In this document: in pieces, positions 35,982-47,084 of the stretch
Layout: every line of letters starts with the position of its first letter
Numbering within the stretch: the stretch's first letter is position 1
Source of the DNA: an uncultured Clostridia bacterium
GTDB taxonomy: Bacteria; Bacillota; Clostridia; Christensenellales; UBA1242
Length of the DNA: 49,588 bases
Direction: 5' to 3'
NCBI GenBank assembly: GCA_944349515.1
Contig: CALVNE010000005.1
Location: forward strand, 1 to 49,588
Notes under the pieces: generated by a model
What the model was told of the DNA's origin: nothing
Databases searched by the model: none
Seen by the model: the letters and a program-made list of their open reading frames with translations, nothing else
Made by a program: the position numbers and the translations under genes

Positions 35982-36587
35982 ATGATTTCATTTTTAGTGG
36001 GAACGATTGAAGAAAAATATGAAAATACGCTTGTTTTGGATGTCAACGGTGTGGGATATGAACTGCAAATTTCTAACAACTCGCTTGTTGCCTTGCCAGA
36101 AGTCAACGAAACTTGCAAAATCTACACATATTTGCATGTGAAAGAGGACGGAATTGCACTTTTTGGCTTCGCCACGCAAGAAGAAAAGAACATTTTTATG
36201 AAACTTATCACGGTTTCTGGTGTGGGACCAAAGATGGCGATTGCCATACTTTCTGGCATGAAGATAAGTGACCTAATCGTGGCAATCTCGCGCGAAGATG
36301 TTTCGCTTTTATCCAAAATCAAGGGCTTGGGTAAGAAAACCGCCGAGCGTGTGTGCCTTGAACTTAAGGATAAAATATCGGTGGCAGGCTACGGCACCGA
36401 CCTATTTAACTATAAGGAAAATCTCGACAATTTTTATGATGAGAACGCTCTTAATGATGCAGTGGAAACGCTTATCAACCTAGGCGTCAACAAGAATGAG
36501 GCGTATAGACTGGCACGCGCTAACGCTGGCGACGGCGCAACCGCGGAAGAGATTATTTTGAAAGTCCTTCGCTATTTAGGGCGTTAA
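35982..36587 (+). CDS. ruvA: Holliday junction branch migration protein RuvA
   Basis: NGVGY, VKED...LFGF, VSGVGPK, GLGKKTAER..LELKDK. Confidence 0.96.
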   Translation: MISFLVGTIEEKYENTLVLDVNGVGYELQISNNSLVALPEVNETCKIYTYLHVKEDGIALFGFATQEEKNIFMKLITVSGVGPKMAIAILSGMKISDLIVAISREDVSLLSKIKGLGKKTAERVCLELKDKISVAGYGTDLFNYKENLDNFYDENALNDAVETLINLGVNKNEAYRLARANAGDGATAEEIILKVLRYLGR

Positions 36588-36601
36588 ATTTGAGGTGAAA
36601 T

Positions 36602-37600
36602 ATGGAAGATAGATTTATAACAAGCACAAAAAATTTTACCGATGCCGAGATTGAAACCTCGCTTCGACCGACAAGTTTAGACCAATATGTTGGACAAGAG
36701 AAAATCAAGGAGAGTTTGAAGGTCTACATTCAGGCGGCAAAGTCGCGTAAGGATGCACTCGACCACGTGCTTTTATATGGTCCGCCAGGTTTAGGCAAGA
36801 CCACTTTGTCGCACATCATTGCGAAAGAACTAGGCTCGCAAATCAAAATCACATCTGGGCCTGCCATTGAGCATGCTGCCGACCTTGCGGCGATACTGAC
36901 AAACCTTAACAAAAATGATGTTTTGTTTATCGACGAAATTCATAGGCTTAATAAGACGGTTGAAGAAATTTTGTATCCTGCCATGGAAGATTTCGCGCTT
37001 GATTTCATCGTCGGCAAAGGTCCGTCGGCGAAGAATATGCGACTTAAAATCCAACCTTTCACGCTTATCGGCGCAACCACAAAGGCGGGCATGCTGACAA
37101 GTCCGCTCCGCGATAGGTTTGGTGTTATTTGTAGGCTGGAACTATACTCTGATAAAGACCTACAAATCATCATCAAGCGTTCGGCTGAGATTTTGAACAT
37201 CAAGATTGACGAAAATGCGAGCCTTGACATCGCAAAGCGTTCGCGCGGAACTCCGCGTATCGCCAACCGACTTTTGAAGCGTGTGAGAGATTACGCCGAG
37301 GTTTTGGGCAGTGGCGAAATAACGAAAGAGATAACCGACCAAGCGCTTGCCAAAATGGAGATTGACGAACTTGGGCTTGACTTTATCGATAGGAAGATAC
37401 TTGAAAGCATAATCTACAAATTTGGTGGTGGACCTGTGGGACTTGATACGCTGTCGGCGACTATCGGCGAGGATGCTGGTACGATTGAAGATGTTTATGA
37501 GCCATATTTGATGCAACTGGGCTTTATCGCACGCACTCCGCGTGGGCGTATTGCCATGGAAAATGCGTATCATCATTTGGGGATAGAATATAATAAGTAA
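36602..37600 (+). CDS. ruvB: Holliday junction helicase RuvB
   Basis: [40 protein letters not shown]. Confidence 0.98.
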   Translation: MEDRFITSTKNFTDAEIETSLRPTSLDQYVGQEKIKESLKVYIQAAKSRKDALDHVLLYGPPGLGKTTLSHIIAKELGSQIKITSGPAIEHAADLAAILTNLNKNDVLFIDEIHRLNKTVEEILYPAMEDFALDFIVGKGPSAKNMRLKIQPFTLIGATTKAGMLTSPLRDRFGVICRLELYSDKDLQIIIKRSAEILNIKIDENASLDIAKRSRGTPRIANRLLKRVRDYAEVLGSGEITKEITDQALAKMEIDELGLDFIDRKILESIIYKFGGGPVGLDTLSATIGEDAGTIEDVYEPYLMQLGFIARTPRGRIAMENAYHHLGIEYNK

Positions 37601-37602
37601 TT

Positions 37603-37796
37603 AGGACAGACACCAACTACGCTTAACGCCGGCACGAAAAATTAAAATTTTTCTAACGGCTACTCCGTTGGTTTCTCCGCCTAGTCCTCTTCCCTGTAGG
37701 TGATTTTTGATTTGTGCTCGCCGGGCAAAGCCCTTCCCCTCACAAAATCAAAAATTAAATTTAGAATATGAAAGTGTGGCGTTGTAAGAAAAGAGG
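37603..37796. repeat. ~190-bp structured dispersed repeat, copy A
   Basis: Near-identical to 48975-49165; internal inverted repeats; starts just after the ruvB stop. Confidence 0.85.
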
Positions 37797-37833
37797 TTTT
37801 GATTATGGAATGAAATATTAGTTATATAAAATT

Positions 37834-37871
37834 TTTTCACCGTTCTTCACTCTTCACTTTTCACTCTTCAC
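37834..37871. repeat. Heptamer tandem repeat T(C/T)TTCAC
   Basis: TCTTCAC TCTTCAC TTTTCAC TCTTCAC plus one upstream unit. Confidence 0.7.
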
Positions 37872-37914
37872 TTGAACGCTAACGGCGTTCATTAACTTTT
37901 AAACGAGGATTATT

Positions 37915-38955
37915 ATGCAAAGAGAATTATTACGAACAACATATCATTATGATTTGCCAGAGGAACTTATTGCGCAAACTCCGGTGGAACCACGCGATTC
38001 GTCGCGTCTTTTATGCTATAATCGAAAGACCGAAAAGGTGCAAGACCTACATTTTTATGATATCTACAACTTTTTGAATGAGGGCGATGTTTTGGTTATC
38101 AATAACACGCGCGTTTTGCCGGCGAGATTATTTGGTTTCAAACACACTGGCGCGAAGATTGAGATTCTTCTTCAAAAGCGGGTAGATTTGACGCATTGGG
38201 AGGTGATTGCCAAGCCTTTTAAGAGGTTAGACGTAGGCACAGAGATTGTTTTTAATGAAAATATTTCCGCCGTTGTTACCAATAAGGCGACGTATGGTTC
38301 GTGCGTGATTGAATTTCGTTACAACTTAGAAAAGACCTTTGAAGAACACCTAATGGAGATAGGCACGGTGCCACTTCCACCATATATAAAGGAAAAGTTG
38401 AAAGACCGAGAACGCTATCAAACCGTATATGCCAAAGTGGAAGGTTCAAGCGCAGCGCCAACGGCGGGGCTACATTTTACCAAGGAACTATTGGAAAGAC
38501 TGAAAAATAAAGGGGTGGAAATATGCGAGGTACTTCTTCATGTTGGGCTGGGCACTTTTAGGCCAGTGAAGGAGGATAACATCTTAGAACATAAAATGCA
38601 CAGCGAGTATATTGAGGTATCCGAAGAGGTGGCAAAAAAGTTAAATGAAGCAAAGCGCGCAGACAGGCGAATAGTGGCAGTTGGAACGACCTCTGTTCGC
38701 GTGCTGGAAAGTGCCACAAACGAAAATGGCGAGGTGGAAAGCGTAAAAAAAGAGACTGACATCTTCATCTATCCGCCATACAAATTTAAGTTTGTGGATG
38801 CACTTATCACTAACTTTCATTTGCCAGAGTCGACTCTTATCATGCTGGTTTCTGCCTTTATCGGCGACATTGACAAAACGCTTGAGTTATATAAGCACGC
38901 AGTGGAGAGTCTCTATCGTTTCTTCAGTTTTGGCGACGCCATGTTTATTGAATAA
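37915..38955 (+). CDS. queA: SAM:tRNA ribosyltransferase-isomerase
   Basis: LPEELIAQ, RYQTVYA, AAPTAGLHFT, LHVGLGTF, TNFHLP, YRFFSFGDAM. Confidence 0.97.
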   Translation: MQRELLRTTYHYDLPEELIAQTPVEPRDSSRLLCYNRKTEKVQDLHFYDIYNFLNEGDVLVINNTRVLPARLFGFKHTGAKIEILLQKRVDLTHWEVIAKPFKRLDVGTEIVFNENISAVVTNKATYGSCVIEFRYNLEKTFEEHLMEIGTVPLPPYIKEKLKDRERYQTVYAKVEGSSAAPTAGLHFTKELLERLKNKGVEICEVLLHVGLGTFRPVKEDNILEHKMHSEYIEVSEEVAKKLNEAKRADRRIVAVGTTSVRVLESATNENGEVESVKKETDIFIYPPYKFKFVDALITNFHLPESTLIMLVSAFIGDIDKTLELYKHAVESLYRFFSFGDAMFIE

Positions 38956-38957
38956 TG

Positions 38958-39005
38958 CCACAAGATATGGTGTAGTATGCAATAATACCACAACAAGATA
39001 TTGTT
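38958..39005. repeat. Paired NrdR-box-like dispersed element, copy 3
   Basis: CAAGATATGG-TGTAGTATGCAATAATACCACAA-CAAGATATTG directly after the queA stop. Confidence 0.75.
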
Positions 39006-39103
39006 AGATTGTTTTATGCTATTTATCTAGATTTTGTCTTGGAAAATGCAATGTTATTTATAAAAATTTAAGAATAAAAAAGAAAAATTTAATAGGGATA
39101 ATT

Positions 39104-40216
39104 ATGGAAGAATTTAGTTTTGAAATAGAAAAAATTTGCCCTAAAACGGGAGCAAGAGCGGGCGTTTTTCACACTCCGCGTGGAGACATAAAAACGCCAG
39201 TGTTTATGCCGGTTGGCACGCAAGGAACCGTTAAGGGTTTGCGTCCAGAGGACCTAAACGAAATGGGTGCGCAGATAATACTCTCGAACACCTATCATCT
39301 TTTTTTGCGTCCCGGGCATGACATCGTTCGAAAGGCGGGCGGACTTCACAAGTTTATGAACTATGACAAACCAATTCTCACTGACAGCGGTGGTTTTCAA
39401 GTTTTTTCACTATCAGACTTACGAAAGGTTTCTGAGGTCGGCGTAGAGTTTCGCTCACATTTGAGCGGGGAAAAATTTATGATGACGCCGGAACTTTGCA
39501 TGGATATTCAAGAGGCACTTGACAGCGACATTAACATGGCGCTCGACCAGTGCACTGAGGCTGGTGCGACGCGTGCGGAGTCGGAAAAGGCGCGCGACCT
39601 CACCAAAATTTGGCTTGATAAATGCTATAAACGTCACAAAGGTGGAAAACACATCCTTTTCCCTATTGTGCAGGGCAATATGTTCAAAGATTTGCGGGCA
39701 AAGTGCATTGAAGATTGTCGTCCGTATGCGCGCTGTGGTATTGCTATTGGCGGTCTATCGGTGGGCGAAGAGAAGAGCGTGATGTATGACATTCTCGACT
39801 TTATGCACCCGCTTTTGCCACAAAATATGCCACGTTATCTTATGGGTGTGGGAAGTCCGGACTGCCTAATCGAGGGCTTCGCGCGGGGAATTGACATGAT
39901 GGACTGCGTGCTTCCAACGCGTATTGCGCGAAACGGCACCGCTTTCACAAAGTACGGCAAAATGGTGGTGAAAAATTCCACTTTCAAGGAAGATTTCGCT
40001 CCGATTGAAGAGGACTGCGACTGCTACGCTTGCCGGCACTTTTCCCGCGCATATATTCGCCATCTTATAAACGCTGACGAGATGCTCGGCGCGGAACTTC
40101 TTTCCATCCACAACCTAAGATTTTTAATTAGGCTTGCTGAAAATATCCGAAAGGCGATTTTGGGCGACTATTTTGCCGAATTTAAAGAGGAATTTTTGGC
40201 AAAGTATGTACTTTAA
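39104..40216 (+). CDS. tgt: tRNA-guanine transglycosylase
   Basis: TPVFMPVGT, TDSGGFQVFSL, GGLSVGE, DCVLPTR, Zn site CDCYAC...H. Confidence 0.97.
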   Translation: MEEFSFEIEKICPKTGARAGVFHTPRGDIKTPVFMPVGTQGTVKGLRPEDLNEMGAQIILSNTYHLFLRPGHDIVRKAGGLHKFMNYDKPILTDSGGFQVFSLSDLRKVSEVGVEFRSHLSGEKFMMTPELCMDIQEALDSDINMALDQCTEAGATRAESEKARDLTKIWLDKCYKRHKGGKHILFPIVQGNMFKDLRAKCIEDCRPYARCGIAIGGLSVGEEKSVMYDILDFMHPLLPQNMPRYLMGVGSPDCLIEGFARGIDMMDCVLPTRIARNGTAFTKYGKMVVKNSTFKEDFAPIEEDCDCYACRHFSRAYIRHLINADEMLGAELLSIHNLRFLIRLAENIRKAILGDYFAEFKEEFLAKYVL

Positions 40217-40602
40217 ATTAAGTTTAATTGCCAAAATAACCAAAACTCAAACGCGTAAAAGTCACAAAAAACTCGAAACAAAAAGGTAATTATCTTAGCG
40301 CTATCTGTTTAATCAAAAAAACTATCAACGCTCTTATTAAATTATCGTAATGTGCGTTTTGCAAATTAAACCCATTGTTTTATTGTGTTTGTTGTAAAAA
40401 ATTTACAAATTTCGATGTAAATTGCACAAATTTTGCATTTTCGTCAAATATCACAAAAAAAAGTAGAAATTAAACATTATTAACTAAAAATATTTAGACA
40501 TAATGTTTGCTTTTTTTTGCTAGGTGTGTTACAATAGCGACTGTATATTATGTTATGAGGTTTTCTTATAATGTATATAGAAAATAAAAAGGGAGAAATA
40601 TC

Positions 40603-41871
40603 ATGCAAGAATCAACAGTAAAAGAAAATATGGTTACTCTTGCCATTAAGGTTACAGAAAAAGAGTGGGAAGAAAAGGTGCAGGAGGCTTATGAAAACAC
40701 CAAATCTAAGTTTTCTATCACCGGTTTTAGAAAGGGTCACGCTCCTAGAAAGGTGATTGAAAAGACTTATGGCGATGACATCTTCTTTGAGGACGCCGTT
40801 CAACAAATCGCGTCTGATGAGATGATTGCGTTTGTCACAAAAAATCCTAAAATGGAACCGCTTACCGCACCAAATATCACCAATGTTGTCATGGATAACA
40901 AGGGGGTAAGTTTTGACTTAAGTTTTGAAATTATGCCAGAGTTTAAACTTTGCAAGTACACCGGCTTAGAGTTCAAAAAACTTACCACAAAGGTCTCTGA
41001 CCACGATGTGGAACACGAAATTGAGCACCTTTTAAACGACAACGCCACATATAGTGATGTGGAAAGAGAGGCTAAAAACGGCGACCAAGTGGTGATAGAT
41101 TTCGTTGGCTATGTTGACGGAAAGGCGTTCGACGGCGGTAGGGCAGAAAACTTTCCGCTTGAACTTGGCTCTCACACCTTCATTGGAAACTTTGAAGAGC
41201 AACTTGTGGGCAAAAAGAAGGGCGAAGATGTTAGGGTTGACATAAAATTCCCAGATAACTACGTGGAAAATTTAGCAGGCAAGAGCGGTTACTTCGATGT
41301 TAAAATTAAGGAAGTGCGTGAAAAGAGTTTGCCAACTCTCGATGACAAATTTATCTCTAATGCGACAGAATATGAAACGGTTGAAGAGTATAAAAAACAT
41401 CTCGTGGAACATATTCAATCTATGAAGGAAGATAGGTCAATGGCAAGGTTGAAGGCGGATATCTATGAATATCTTCTTAAAAACACACCTGTTAAGGCAC
41501 CACAGTTTATGGTGGAGCGCGAAGTACATGCCGAAATGCACGAGATTGAAGATAGAGCGAAGAGTTTTGGCATGACAATGCAAGAGTATTTTGACGCTGT
41601 GAAAATGCCTATAGAAGAATATAGAGATATGACAAGAGCGCGTGCTGACCGCTCGATTAGAATGCACTTTATCTTCGAGCAATTCTTTGACGAGCTTAAA
41701 GTTACCGCTTCCGAGGAAGAAATTAGCGCACAAATTGAAAAGATGAAGCTTAGTAATGATGACGAGAGCGCAAGGCTTCAAGCCATTCACATGGTTAAAG
41801 TCAACAAGGTGTTCGACTATCTTTGCAAAAACAACAAACTTGTTGAAGTGGATACTGTGGAAGAACTGTAA
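40603..41871 (+). CDS. tig: Trigger factor
   Basis: GFRKGHAP ribosome-binding loop, FKBP domain, tig-clpP-clpX synteny. Confidence 0.95.
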   Translation: MQESTVKENMVTLAIKVTEKEWEEKVQEAYENTKSKFSITGFRKGHAPRKVIEKTYGDDIFFEDAVQQIASDEMIAFVTKNPKMEPLTAPNITNVVMDNKGVSFDLSFEIMPEFKLCKYTGLEFKKLTTKVSDHDVEHEIEHLLNDNATYSDVEREAKNGDQVVIDFVGYVDGKAFDGGRAENFPLELGSHTFIGNFEEQLVGKKKGEDVRVDIKFPDNYVENLAGKSGYFDVKIKEVREKSLPTLDDKFISNATEYETVEEYKKHLVEHIQSMKEDRSMARLKADIYEYLLKNTPVKAPQFMVEREVHAEMHEIEDRAKSFGMTMQEYFDAVKMPIEEYRDMTRARADRSIRMHFIFEQFFDELKVTASEEEISAQIEKMKLSNDDESARLQAIHMVKVNKVFDYLCKNNKLVEVDTVEEL

Positions 41872-41915
41872 ATTAACGAATTTTAGGAGTTATTATAAAT
41901 TTTTAGGAGGTTTTT

Positions 41916-42503
41916 ATGCTTATACCTATGGTTGTTGACCAAACCGGCGCAAATGAAAGGTCTTACGATATCTATTCAAGACTGCTTGAGGACAGGATAA
42001 TCTTCTTGGCGGGCGAAATCACCGACGACTCGGCAAATTCCATTATCGCGCAACTCATCTACCTTGAAGGAAAGAATCCAGACAAGGACATCTTCATTTA
42101 TATCAACAGTCCGGGCGGTTCGGTGAGCGCTGGCATGGCAATTTACGACACTATGAACTACATCAAGTGCGACGTTTCTACAATCTGCGTGGGGCTTGCT
42201 GCGTCAATGGGCGCCTTTCTTCTCTCTAGTGGAGCAAAAGGAAAAAGATTCGCCCTTCCGAACAGTGAAATTATGATTCACCAACCCCTTGGCGGGGCGC
42301 AAGGACAGGCAAGCGACATTGAAATTCAAGCGCGCCACATTCAAAACATAAAGGCAAAACTCAATAAGATTTTGAGCGAGAATACCGGAAAACCGCTTGA
42401 AGTGATTGAAAAGGATACCGACCGCGATAACTACATGACGCCATCCGAAGCCAAGGAATATGGGCTTATTGATAACATCTTTGACACGCGAAAGGCAAAA
42501 TAA
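41916..42503 (+). CDS. clpP: ATP-dependent Clp protease proteolytic subunit
   Basis: [29 protein letters not shown]. Confidence 0.98.
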   Translation: MLIPMVVDQTGANERSYDIYSRLLEDRIIFLAGEITDDSANSIIAQLIYLEGKNPDKDIFIYINSPGGSVSAGMAIYDTMNYIKCDVSTICVGLAASMGAFLLSSGAKGKRFALPNSEIMIHQPLGGAQGQASDIEIQARHIQNIKAKLNKILSENTGKPLEVIEKDTDRDNYMTPSEAKEYGLIDNIFDTRKAK

Positions 42504-42683
42504 GTGTTTATGTTCTTTTGTTTTAAAAACACTATTTTTGCTTATAAAGTATATAAAATCGATGCAAAAAAACAATAAGAAGTAGACGGGGAAAAATTGC
42601 AAAAGTATTTAAAAAATTGCTACTATAAGAGTGTAAAAATTGCACTTACAATCATAATATATTAAACGCTTGAAAGGAGTTAT

Positions 42684-43964
42684 ATGAAAGACATTGAAAT
42701 GTACTGCTCTTTTTGTGGTAAGCCACAAAGTAGCGCGAAAAAATTGATTGCAAGCCCTAATGGTGACGCGTATATCTGCGACGACTGCGTTAGGATTTGC
42801 CTTGATATTGTTAAACAAGACAGTTTGAAAATCAAGGTGTATAAGGACCTTGAAATTCCTTCCCCAAAGGAAATTAAAAAACAACTCGACAACTATGTTA
42901 TCGGGCAGGACCAAGCAAAAAAGGTGCTTTCGGTTGCCGTATTCAACCACTATAAAAGGATAAACTATAACAACCACTTAAAACTAGACGGCAAAAAAAA
43001 GAAAAACGAAAGTAATGTGGAACTTGAAAAAAGCAATATTTTAATGATTGGTCCAACAGGTTCGGGAAAGACACTGCTTGTTAAGACGCTTGCTAAAATT
43101 TTGGACGTTCCTTTCGCTGTTGCAGACGCCACCACTTTAACTGAGGCTGGGTATGTTGGCGAGGACGTCGAGAATGTGCTTTTGAAACTTATTCAAAATG
43201 CCGACTATGACATCACGCGCGCCGAAAGAGGCATTATCTACATTGACGAAATTGATAAGATTTCACGAAAAAGCGAAAACCGCTCGATAACTCGCGATGT
43301 TGGCGGAGAGGGCGTGCAACAAGCGCTACTTAAAATCATTGAAAGCACAATTGCTTCCGTTCCACCTCAGGGCGGAAGAAAACACCCTCATCAAGAGATG
43401 ATTCAAATCGACACAACAAATATCCTGTTTATCTGCGGGGGCGCGTTTGTTGGGCTTGACGATATTATCTATAAAAGAATGGCGTCGTCGGCGCTTGGCT
43501 TTAATGCGGAGATTAAGAATTCCTCTGAGAGAGCGAAAATTAACTACTCGCAAGATGTTCAGCCAGATGACCTTATTAAATTTGGGCTTATCCCAGAATT
43601 TGTGGGCAGACTTCCAATAATAACCGGGCTTGATAACCTTGACGCAACCGCGCTTGAAAAGATTTTGGTGGAGCCAAAGAACAGTTTGATAAAGCAATAC
43701 ACCGAACTCTTTAAAATGGACGGCTTTGAACTTGAATTTGACAAGGATGCCATTGGTTATGTTGCAAGTAAAGCGCTGGAACTTAAAACCGGCGCGCGTG
43801 GCATTAGAACAATCATGGAAACAAGAATGACCGAACTTATGTACGACTTGCCGGACCCGAAAGTCTATGAAAAGGTGATTATCACTAAGGACTTCATGGA
43901 AAAAGGCAGTGCGCCTACTTTAATTAAGCGCGCGGAAGTGGAGCCTAAAGAAAACGCTGGGTAA
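42684..43964 (+). CDS. clpX: Clp protease ATPase ClpX
   Basis: CSFCGK...ICDDC Zn finger, [20 protein letters not shown]. Confidence 0.98.
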   Translation: MKDIEMYCSFCGKPQSSAKKLIASPNGDAYICDDCVRICLDIVKQDSLKIKVYKDLEIPSPKEIKKQLDNYVIGQDQAKKVLSVAVFNHYKRINYNNHLKLDGKKKKNESNVELEKSNILMIGPTGSGKTLLVKTLAKILDVPFAVADATTLTEAGYVGEDVENVLLKLIQNADYDITRAERGIIYIDEIDKISRKSENRSITRDVGGEGVQQALLKIIESTIASVPPQGGRKHPHQEMIQIDTTNILFICGGAFVGLDDIIYKRMASSALGFNAEIKNSSERAKINYSQDVQPDDLIKFGLIPEFVGRLPIITGLDNLDATALEKILVEPKNSLIKQYTELFKMDGFELEFDKDAIGYVASKALELKTGARGIRTIMETRMTELMYDLPDPKVYEKVIITKDFMEKGSAPTLIKRAEVEPKENAG

Positions 43965-43968
43965 GAGG

Positions 43969-44091
43969 GGCGGGCGAAAGGCGCCCCGCGCTGGGGGCGC
44001 TGGCACGCCGTGAGGCGTGCAGAAAATTTCGTGCGAGCGGGGCATGAAAATTTGCGCTCACACTTTTTCGAAATTTTCTCTTTCGCCCGCC
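43969..44091. repeat. GC-rich multibranch palindromic element
   Basis: 12-bp terminal inverted repeat GGCGGGCGAAAG/CTTTCGCCCGCC enclosing three further stems. Confidence 0.7.
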
Positions 44092-44320
44092 GAAGCGAGA
44101 TAGCCTTTTCTTATAAAAATCACACAAAAGCGCGAAGTTACTAAATTATAAAATAACGAAAAACGCCGAGGCGACCTTCAAAGTTTATCGGTTTTAACTT
44201 AACATAAAAAATTGCGCTAAGGCGTTATGGTTGCAAATTAAACAACGCCTTGTTAAAACTTGTAAAAATTAACCAAAATCCCAAATTTTTTAAAAATAAT
44301 GAAAAAAATTTGAAAAATAG

Positions 44321-44349
44321 TTGACATATATTTTGCTATGTGCTATAAT
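44321..44349 (+). promoter_or_regulatory. SigA promoter of infC-rpmI-rplT
   Basis: TTGACA-17 nt-TATAAT with extended -10 TG. Confidence 0.85.
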
Positions 44350-44360
44350 CTTAGGCGTAT

Positions 44361-44495
44361 GAAAGTAGAAGTTCCCTTCTCACCTATCGAATTTTGTTTT
44401 GATTAGGTTTTCAAAATTTAATAGACATTTTCACATTTCAAATGGTGTGTGTTATTAATTTTGGTGGGGAGCATTCTTTCTACCAAAATTTTTTT
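44361..44495 (+). promoter_or_regulatory. L20 leader (ribosomal protein attenuator)
   Basis: AGTAGAAG...CTTCTCACCT 5' motif and terminator AATTTTGGTGGGGAG/CTTTCTACCAAAATT-T tract upstream of infC. Confidence 0.8.
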
Positions 44496-44511
44496 AAAGG
44501 AGATTACGACA

Positions 44512-45027
44512 ATTTTTAAAGAACAATTAATTAACGAACAAATCACCGCAAGAGAAGTCCGCTTGATAGGAATGGATGGTGAACAACTCGGCGTTATGCC
44601 TATTGAAAAAGCAAGGCAGATAGCCGACAATGAAGGCTTAGACCTTGTGCTTATGAGCGGAAATTCAAGCCCTGCGGTTTGCAAAATCATGGACTATGGC
44701 AAGTATCGCTTTGATAGCATTAAGCGTGAAAAAGAACTCAAGAAAAACCAAAAAATTATAGAACTTAAAGAAATTCAACTCACAATTCGTATCGACCAAT
44801 ATCACATCAACTTTAAACTTAAAAACGCGCAAAAGATACTGCAAGACGGTGACAAAGTTAAGGTTTCTTTAAGAATGAGGGGACGCGAACAAGCGTACGC
44901 CAAAAATGCCGTTGAAGTGGTGGAGAATTTTGTGAATGCGCTAAGTGAGTTCGGCTCAGTCGACAAAAAACCAGAAATTGTGGGACGAAATGTCATTGTT
45001 GTAATCAACCCGAAAAAGACAAAATAA
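44512..45027 (+). CDS. infC: Translation initiation factor IF-3 (AUU start)
   Basis: INEQITAREVRLI, VCKIMDYGKY, GDKVKV..RMRGRE. In-frame ATT 9 nt after AAGGAG. Confidence 0.93.
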   Translation: MFKEQLINEQITAREVRLIGMDGEQLGVMPIEKARQIADNEGLDLVLMSGNSSPAVCKIMDYGKYRFDSIKREKELKKNQKIIELKEIQLTIRIDQYHINFKLKNAQKILQDGDKVKVSLRMRGREQAYAKNAVEVVENFVNALSEFGSVDKKPEIVGRNVIVVINPKKTK

Positions 45028-45040
45028 AAGGAGAAAAGTT

Positions 45041-45235
45041 ATGCCTAAGCAAAAAACACACAGTGGTGCAAAAAAACGCTTTTCACTCACTGCAACAGGA
45101 AAGGTTAAGTACGCAAGACCGGGCAAAGGTCACTTCTTAACCGTAAAAAACAAAAATCGCAAGAGAAAACTCAGAGAGAGGTCTTACATTCAAGGCAAAA
45201 ATGCCAAGAACATCAAGACGCTTATCTGCGAGTAA
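45041..45235 (+). CDS. rpmI: 50S ribosomal protein L35
   Basis: MPKQKTHSGAKKRF..TATGKV. Confidence 0.97.
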   Translation: MPKQKTHSGAKKRFSLTATGKVKYARPGKGHFLTVKNKNRKRKLRERSYIQGKNAKNIKTLICE

Positions 45236-45247
45236 TGGAGGGAAAGC

Positions 45248-45595
45248 ATGAGAATTAAAAGAGGCGTTAATGCCGTTAAAAAGCGTAGAAAAATCTTAAA
45301 GTCCGCTAAAGGATACTTTGGCGCAAAGAGCAAACTTTATAGAACCGCGCGTGAACAGGTGATGAAGTCTGGTCAGTATTCCTATATTGGCAGAAAACAA
45401 AAGAAGAGAGATTTTCGCGCTCTTTGGATAACAAGAATCAACGCTGCTTGCCACCAAAACGATATCTCTTATTCGAGATTTATCGCAGGACTTAAGAAAG
45501 CAAATGTTTCGCTAAATAGGAAGGTGCTTGCAGATATCGCCGTACGCGAACCAGAAACTTTCGCTAAACTTGTTGAAACAGCGAAGAAGGCTTAA
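45248..45595 (+). CDS. rplT: 50S ribosomal protein L20
   Basis: [29 protein letters not shown]. Confidence 0.98.
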   Translation: MRIKRGVNAVKKRRKILKSAKGYFGAKSKLYRTAREQVMKSGQYSYIGRKQKKRDFRALWITRINAACHQNDISYSRFIAGLKKANVSLNRKVLADIAVREPETFAKLVETAKKA

Positions 45596-46317
45596 TGGAA
45601 AGGGCAAATAGAGAGTTAATTTCCACACTTAAAAAGCAAAAACGAGATAAGTCTTTGCTTTTTTTGGATAATGTTAAAATTATTAAGGACGCACTTAATA
45701 AAATTGAGGTGATTTTAATTTTAACATCAAGCGAGCAAGTGCCCTTTGAAGAAAACAATTTTAAAATTTACAAAACAGAACACAAGGTAATTGAAATGTT
45801 GTCGGACTCCGTCACTCCGCAATGCGTGCTGTGCGTGGCGAAATTCAAAAAACAACCGCTTTTTGTGCCGAAAGGGAATTTTTTGGTGCTAGACTCTCTT
45901 CAAGACCCCGGCAATGTGGGTACGCTTATCCGCACATCGGTTGCCTGTGGGTTCGAAGCGGTGTTTTTATTAGATTCCGTTCATATCACAAATTCCAAAC
46001 TTATCAGAAGTTCGGTGGGCGCCGTTTTTAGCCAAAATCTTTTTGAAATGACGAAGGACGAATTTGTTGAATTTGTTAAGAGCAACAACTTGAAACTTGC
46101 AAAATGCGATATGAACGGCGAAAATGTTTTCACGAAAAGTTTTAACGAAAATATCGGCATTGTGGTTGGCAATGAGGGCCAGGGCGTCAGTAAGGAGTTG
46201 GCAAAACTCTGCGAAATTACCCTTTCCATTCCTATGAAGGGGGATATTGAAAGTTTGAACGCCGGCGTCAGCGGTTCAATTATAATGTATCAAATTGCAA
46301 AAGTTAATTTAATTTAG
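45595..46317 (+). CDS. TrmH/SpoU-family RNA methyltransferase
   Basis: [31 protein letters not shown]. Confidence 0.92.
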   Translation: MERANRELISTLKKQKRDKSLLFLDNVKIIKDALNKIEVILILTSSEQVPFEENNFKIYKTEHKVIEMLSDSVTPQCVLCVAKFKKQPLFVPKGNFLVLDSLQDPGNVGTLIRTSVACGFEAVFLLDSVHITNSKLIRSSVGAVFSQNLFEMTKDEFVEFVKSNNLKLAKCDMNGENVFTKSFNENIGIVVGNEGQGVSKELAKLCEITLSIPMKGDIESLNAGVSGSIIMYQIAKVNLI

Positions 46318-46328
46318 GAGGTGTTTAT

Positions 46329-47045
46329 ATGTCAGGTCACTCAAAATGGCACAATATTCAAGCGCGCAAGGGCAAGTCTGATGCCGCGCGTGGCAAAATC
46401 TTCACAAAAATAGGTCGCGAAATTGCGGTTTGTGTTAAGGCTGGTGGACCTGACCCGAACACCAACAGCAAACTTCGTGATATCATCGCCAAGGCTAAAC
46501 AAAATAATATGCCAAACGACAACATCGAACGCTCGATAAAGAAGGCGTCCGGCGAACTGAGTGGAATTAACTACGAGGCGATAACCTACGAAGGCTACGG
46601 CGTGGGCGGTTCCGCGGTCATTGTGGAATGCTTGACCGATAATAAAAATAGAACCGCGGGCGATGTTCGTCATGCGTTCGATAAGCACGGCGGAAGTTTG
46701 GGGTCGTCCAACTGCGTATCCTACCTATTCAACCGCAAGGGCATTGTTATCGTTGCCGACGTAAAGGATGTGGACGCGCTGATGATGGACGCACTCGATG
46801 CGGGCGCAGTGGATTTAATAGAGGACGACGATGTTGTGCAAGTCATAACAGAACCAAATGCCCATGTTCAAATGGAGGAGGCGCTAACTAAGAAGGGCTA
46901 TAATGTGGTATCCGCGAACACCGAACTTGTGCCGGATAACTATGTTGACCTCAGCGAGGAGCAACTTGCAAAATTCAACCGCATGATTGATGCGCTTGAA
47001 GATTTGGACGATGTGCAAGAGGTCTTTCATAATGTGAATTTATAA
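46329..47045 (+). CDS. yebC: YebC/PmpR family protein
   Basis: [32 protein letters not shown]. Confidence 0.96.
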   Translation: MSGHSKWHNIQARKGKSDAARGKIFTKIGREIAVCVKAGGPDPNTNSKLRDIIAKAKQNNMPNDNIERSIKKASGELSGINYEAITYEGYGVGGSAVIVECLTDNKNRTAGDVRHAFDKHGGSLGSSNCVSYLFNRKGIVIVADVKDVDALMMDALDAGAVDLIEDDDVVQVITEPNAHVQMEEALTKKGYNVVSANTELVPDNYVDLSEEQLAKFNRMIDALEDLDDVQEVFHNVNL

Positions 47046-47050
47046 ACCAT

Positions 47051-47084
47051 AAAAGGCAGATTTTGTAGTCTGCTTTTTTCTTTT
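47051..47084 (+). terminator. Intrinsic terminator after yebC
   Basis: AAAAGGCAGATT/AGTCTGCTTTTTT hairpin plus T-tract. Confidence 0.75.
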
